Source: Botryllus schlosseri (Eukaryota). From it: a DNA stretch of 64,000 bases. Under the pieces are notes generated by a model. The model was not told the DNA's origin. It searched no databases and saw nothing but the letters and a program-made list of their open reading frames with translations. The stretch spans positions 18,848,001 through 18,912,000 of the forward strand of contig CM119385.1 of the NCBI GenBank assembly GCA_051294905.1, read 5' to 3'. The position numbers and the translations under genes were made by a program. The number at the start of each line of letters is the position of its first letter. Position 1 is the stretch's first letter. Positions 62,301-64,000 of the stretch are shown piece by piece.

Positions 62301-63415
62301 ATCTAGTTCATTCTTATCTTAGTTGGCCAAGCTCCTGTGCAAGAAGTAACAAAACTGTTATACACAGTGTTCAGGTAGAAAATATATTACTGGATCGTTA
62401 TGCTGTTGTCGATGGCAGCATTAACAACGTCAATTTACCATATCGCCAATGCCACGAACAGAAATGGCTGCAAACCAACACAACAGAGTAGAACGAAATC
62501 GTGACCAGCAATGATCACAAAATCAGTATTTCAGCCAATCAGTAGCTTATTATTACAGGTTCCAACCAATCAAAATTCTAGGTTCGTGATTGCCCGCCCA
62601 CTTCATCGATTCCCCGCCCACATGCAGACGGCTACTTTCAAACGCTTTGTAAGAAATCTTAACGACGTTCCTGAGAGCTTCTTTCAGGCTTGTTGATGTT
62701 TTTAATCAATAATCTATAGAATAAGACATTACAACGCAGCATTTTCGAAATTTTTCAAATTTTGGACAACCCTAATATACATACACACGATCTGTGCATA
62801 TGCATACCATGAGTGCATGATGTGCGAATGCAGTTGGATAAGGAAGGTGCAGATATAGCCTAGTAAGGCTTTCGAAGTCTTGCACCCCATCTCCATGCTA
62901 TCCTTGTAACGCTGAGCGCCATGCGGGGAAACCACGGATACCAGTGTTACTAACCAGCTCTTTGTTATGACCCGGCCAGGGATTGAACCCACAACCTACC
63001 CATCAATAAGTCGGATGCTCCACTGCTATCTTGACAGTGTAAAAATATATTAAGTATAAAGATATGTAATAAAGACGGAGAGTTGTTAGCTTTAAGGAAA
63101 GAATGAGAACTACCGTAGTAGGAATGCGCTCATGAGTAAAATAGTAATTGTGAATATCACCTTGTTCTTCTTGTTAATTTTCTTTTTCTTCTTACTCATC
63201 AGACTGTGAACCACCATGCTTTTATTATCCACGTCTTTTCGCGTATGATCACTCGTCGACCTAAACCGATGCCGCGATGATCTAGTTTGAAATCGACTTC
63301 AAACACAGACACTCAAGACATTACCACTCGTTATTGGGGTATTCCTCTTGTGCCCGAGAGTAGGATCGAGCCATAAAAGAATTCATTGGAGGCGACAGAC
63401 TTCGGTCTTGAGAAT
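56377..63415 (-). CDS. 3' exons of an unidentified protein (low-complexity S/H/K-rich C-terminus); 5' part outside window
   Basis: Phase-consistent GT-AG chain: 63325-63415, 63161-63260, 58603-58679, 58342-58541, 57461-57565, 56377-56549 (stop TGA). Reads ...DSQDRSLSPPMNSF...KKKKKINKKNKVNVMHDDRHLGTQGAVKQHIAFWDGRSND...KRRKGQQDFGSIKETPI*. Confidence 0.65.
56564..57037. mobile_element. GACTCG-rich MITE 14 bp from a splice acceptor
   Basis: CAGAGTTGTAATGAC...GGTTACGACCCTG termini, same family as 19039-19517. TSD degraded. Confidence 0.75.
59071..62774 (+). mobile_element. Full-length autonomous hAT-superfamily (hATm-like) DNA transposon, 3.7 kb
   Basis: TIR TAGGGTTGTC(T/C)AAAATTTGAAAAATTTCGAAAATGCTGCGTTGTAATGTC with ~280-bp imperfect inverted subtermini and perfect 8-bp TSD ATATACAT (59063-59070, 62775-62782). 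Single intact ORF. Confidence 0.93.
59744..62071 (+). CDS. hATm-like DDE transposase, 775 aa, uninterrupted
   Basis: Motifs IHWDGK (D1), VFDTTASNSG (D2), ACRHH (C/DxxH), ARWM and VVNDAAERGVKL (E). The true start may be the ATG at 59771. Confidence 0.88.
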   Translation: MIEGKNITVMAEAKRRKTVHLPQRRTRSRSEHYLVGYACDYICGSRLPTLREVMSYFLHLKDHCPQSTPTRELCNVVVHDVMTVWQMARIATILKGNAVKLLEKLNKKYIFLKATMKRESDPKGKRKKFTEDLDKLWDIGSTDAIAIIQNDIYLSHDRKLEDIAFYEDQQQSRKCIMLGRDKILAKDIEKKTATMADRTVKNIQHDSSDDYVVLASSSSSKEGDSLSSSSDYDADVGLGTSTAIKLMAPKNIMNNTHVSQALDRLQLTDNKATMLIGAFITACGGDIAMFSLSRSSTKRARETNRLEISKDISEKFAENKPQHVAIHWDGKLTEDRLGNRYEALSIVLSCHPQYSEGKLLGIQKMQNAAGQTQAETTFNIIESWNIKDAVTALVFDTTASNSGWKKGAAKILEDLLGRKVFYHACRHHVYELVVKDVWKSLFGKATTGPENAWFAHLKRNWSSLDREQQFKTLTIPLCFAERAAMIVDKFKLLLNRKDFFTRDDYKQCVTNALALLGADEDIRHHKPGAAHHARWMGTILYAQKMFMWADQLDYKSEEVELLRRFNLFLVLFYIPAWVDSSIGRDAAGNDLRFVQHMLSYKEYDEQVSTAASRKLLKHDWYIVEETAVYALFSPTESKETRENMAKALLQVERTSSFRRGPPSLNATIQINKDSTLSDLIGPQSWYIFEVFECSGDWLRQPVDDWHFSDSFNKLNCYVSSVKVVNDAAERGVKLSTDYAAILTDNEQQRDSLLQAVEQHRKIFGDSRKSTLIKGQ
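62830..63036 (-). mobile_element. tRNA-derived SINE
   Basis: Minus strand has box A-like TAGCAGTGG and box B GGTTCAATCC, then GGGTCATAACAAAGA...GGTTTCCCCGCATGGCGCTCAGC, resembling the conserved Nin/Deu-type SINE central domain as I recall it. No full cloverleaf. Confidence 0.7.
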
Positions 63416-63528
63416 CTGGAATATGCCCAAAAATGATCAGAGTGTCTTTACTCAAGTTTAATGGCGCCAGCCGATGACATGACGAACAGACAGAGATACC
63501 TTGACACATGAGGTGATTGATTAGTCAC

Positions 63529-64000
63529 TAGGGTTGTCCAAAATTTGGAAAATCTTACAAATCCCCCGTTGTAATGTCTTATTCTATAGATTATTGATAA
63601 AAAACGACACTGAGCCTGAAAGAAGCTCACAGGAAGGCCGTTAAGATTTCGTGCAAAGCGTTTGAAAGTAGCTGCCGAAGAACGGGCGTGCCACCGACCA
63701 TAGAACGGCGAGAAGACTAGTAATCACGAAACCACGGCTCTTGATTGGCTAATCGGCTATGCTTCAATGACCACGACAGCAGCAGCTTGCTGATTAGGTG
63801 ATCAAGGAGTCTGCTACCGACGGCGATTCTGAAAGCGCATTGTATGTAGGCTGACAGATAATGATTTAGGATTGATTCAGGGTATGTTGAGGTACGAAAT
63901 ACATGATGAACAAACAACAGCTGCTTCACAAAAACGTCTAAAGCATGAATGCTTTATTGTGAAGGAAGCCGCCGCGTAGCCTATATGCCTTGTTTTCAAC
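63529..64000 (+). mobile_element. Internally deleted, diverged relative of the hATm element (runs off right edge)
   Basis: Starts TAGGGTTGTCCAAAATTTGG. The left subterminus resembles 59071-59340 and joins directly to sequence homologous to 61520-61640 (ACAGCTGCTTCAC..AAGCA..TATTGT..GGAA..GCC..TATA.GCCTTGTTTTCA). Confidence 0.85.

Noticed and set aside
62960-63036. tRNA gene
   Set aside because: It has A/B boxes but no complete cloverleaf and continues into a SINE body.

Overview
This is an animal (metazoan) genomic window, not prokaryotic. It has short GT-AG introns, dense hAT/MITE repeats and compact housekeeping genes, which is compatible with an invertebrate such as an ascidian, although the taxon cannot be fixed from sequence alone. 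I reconstructed the genes by hand with phase-consistent splice junctions: COG3 (-, single exon, runs off the left edge), GATB (-, 11 exons), KXD1 (-, single coding exon), DNAAF6/PIH1D3 (+, 5 exons), RFC1 (-, 20 exons), THOC2 (+, single 4.1-kb exon), COQ2 (+, 6 exons) and the 3' exons of an unidentified gene (-). Mobile DNA includes an intact, TSD-flanked hATm-type transposon with a 775-aa ORF and its deletion derivative, and a decayed Zisupton/KDZ-like element with ~530-bp foldback arms. There is also a TIR element carrying inverted telomere-like arrays, plus many hAT MITEs with 8-bp TSDs (some nested), L2/CR1 LINE tails and a tRNA-derived SINE. The most notable oddities are the intronless COG3 and THOC2 next to intron-rich genes, 2-3 GC-AG introns, a stop-free 54-nt intron in RFC1, and acceptor-like sites just upstream of nearly every ATG (possible SL trans-splicing). 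I found no CRISPR, rRNA or true tRNA gene, and no evidence for a wholly new multi-gene system. No database searches were run, so protein and family identifications rest on remembered motifs.
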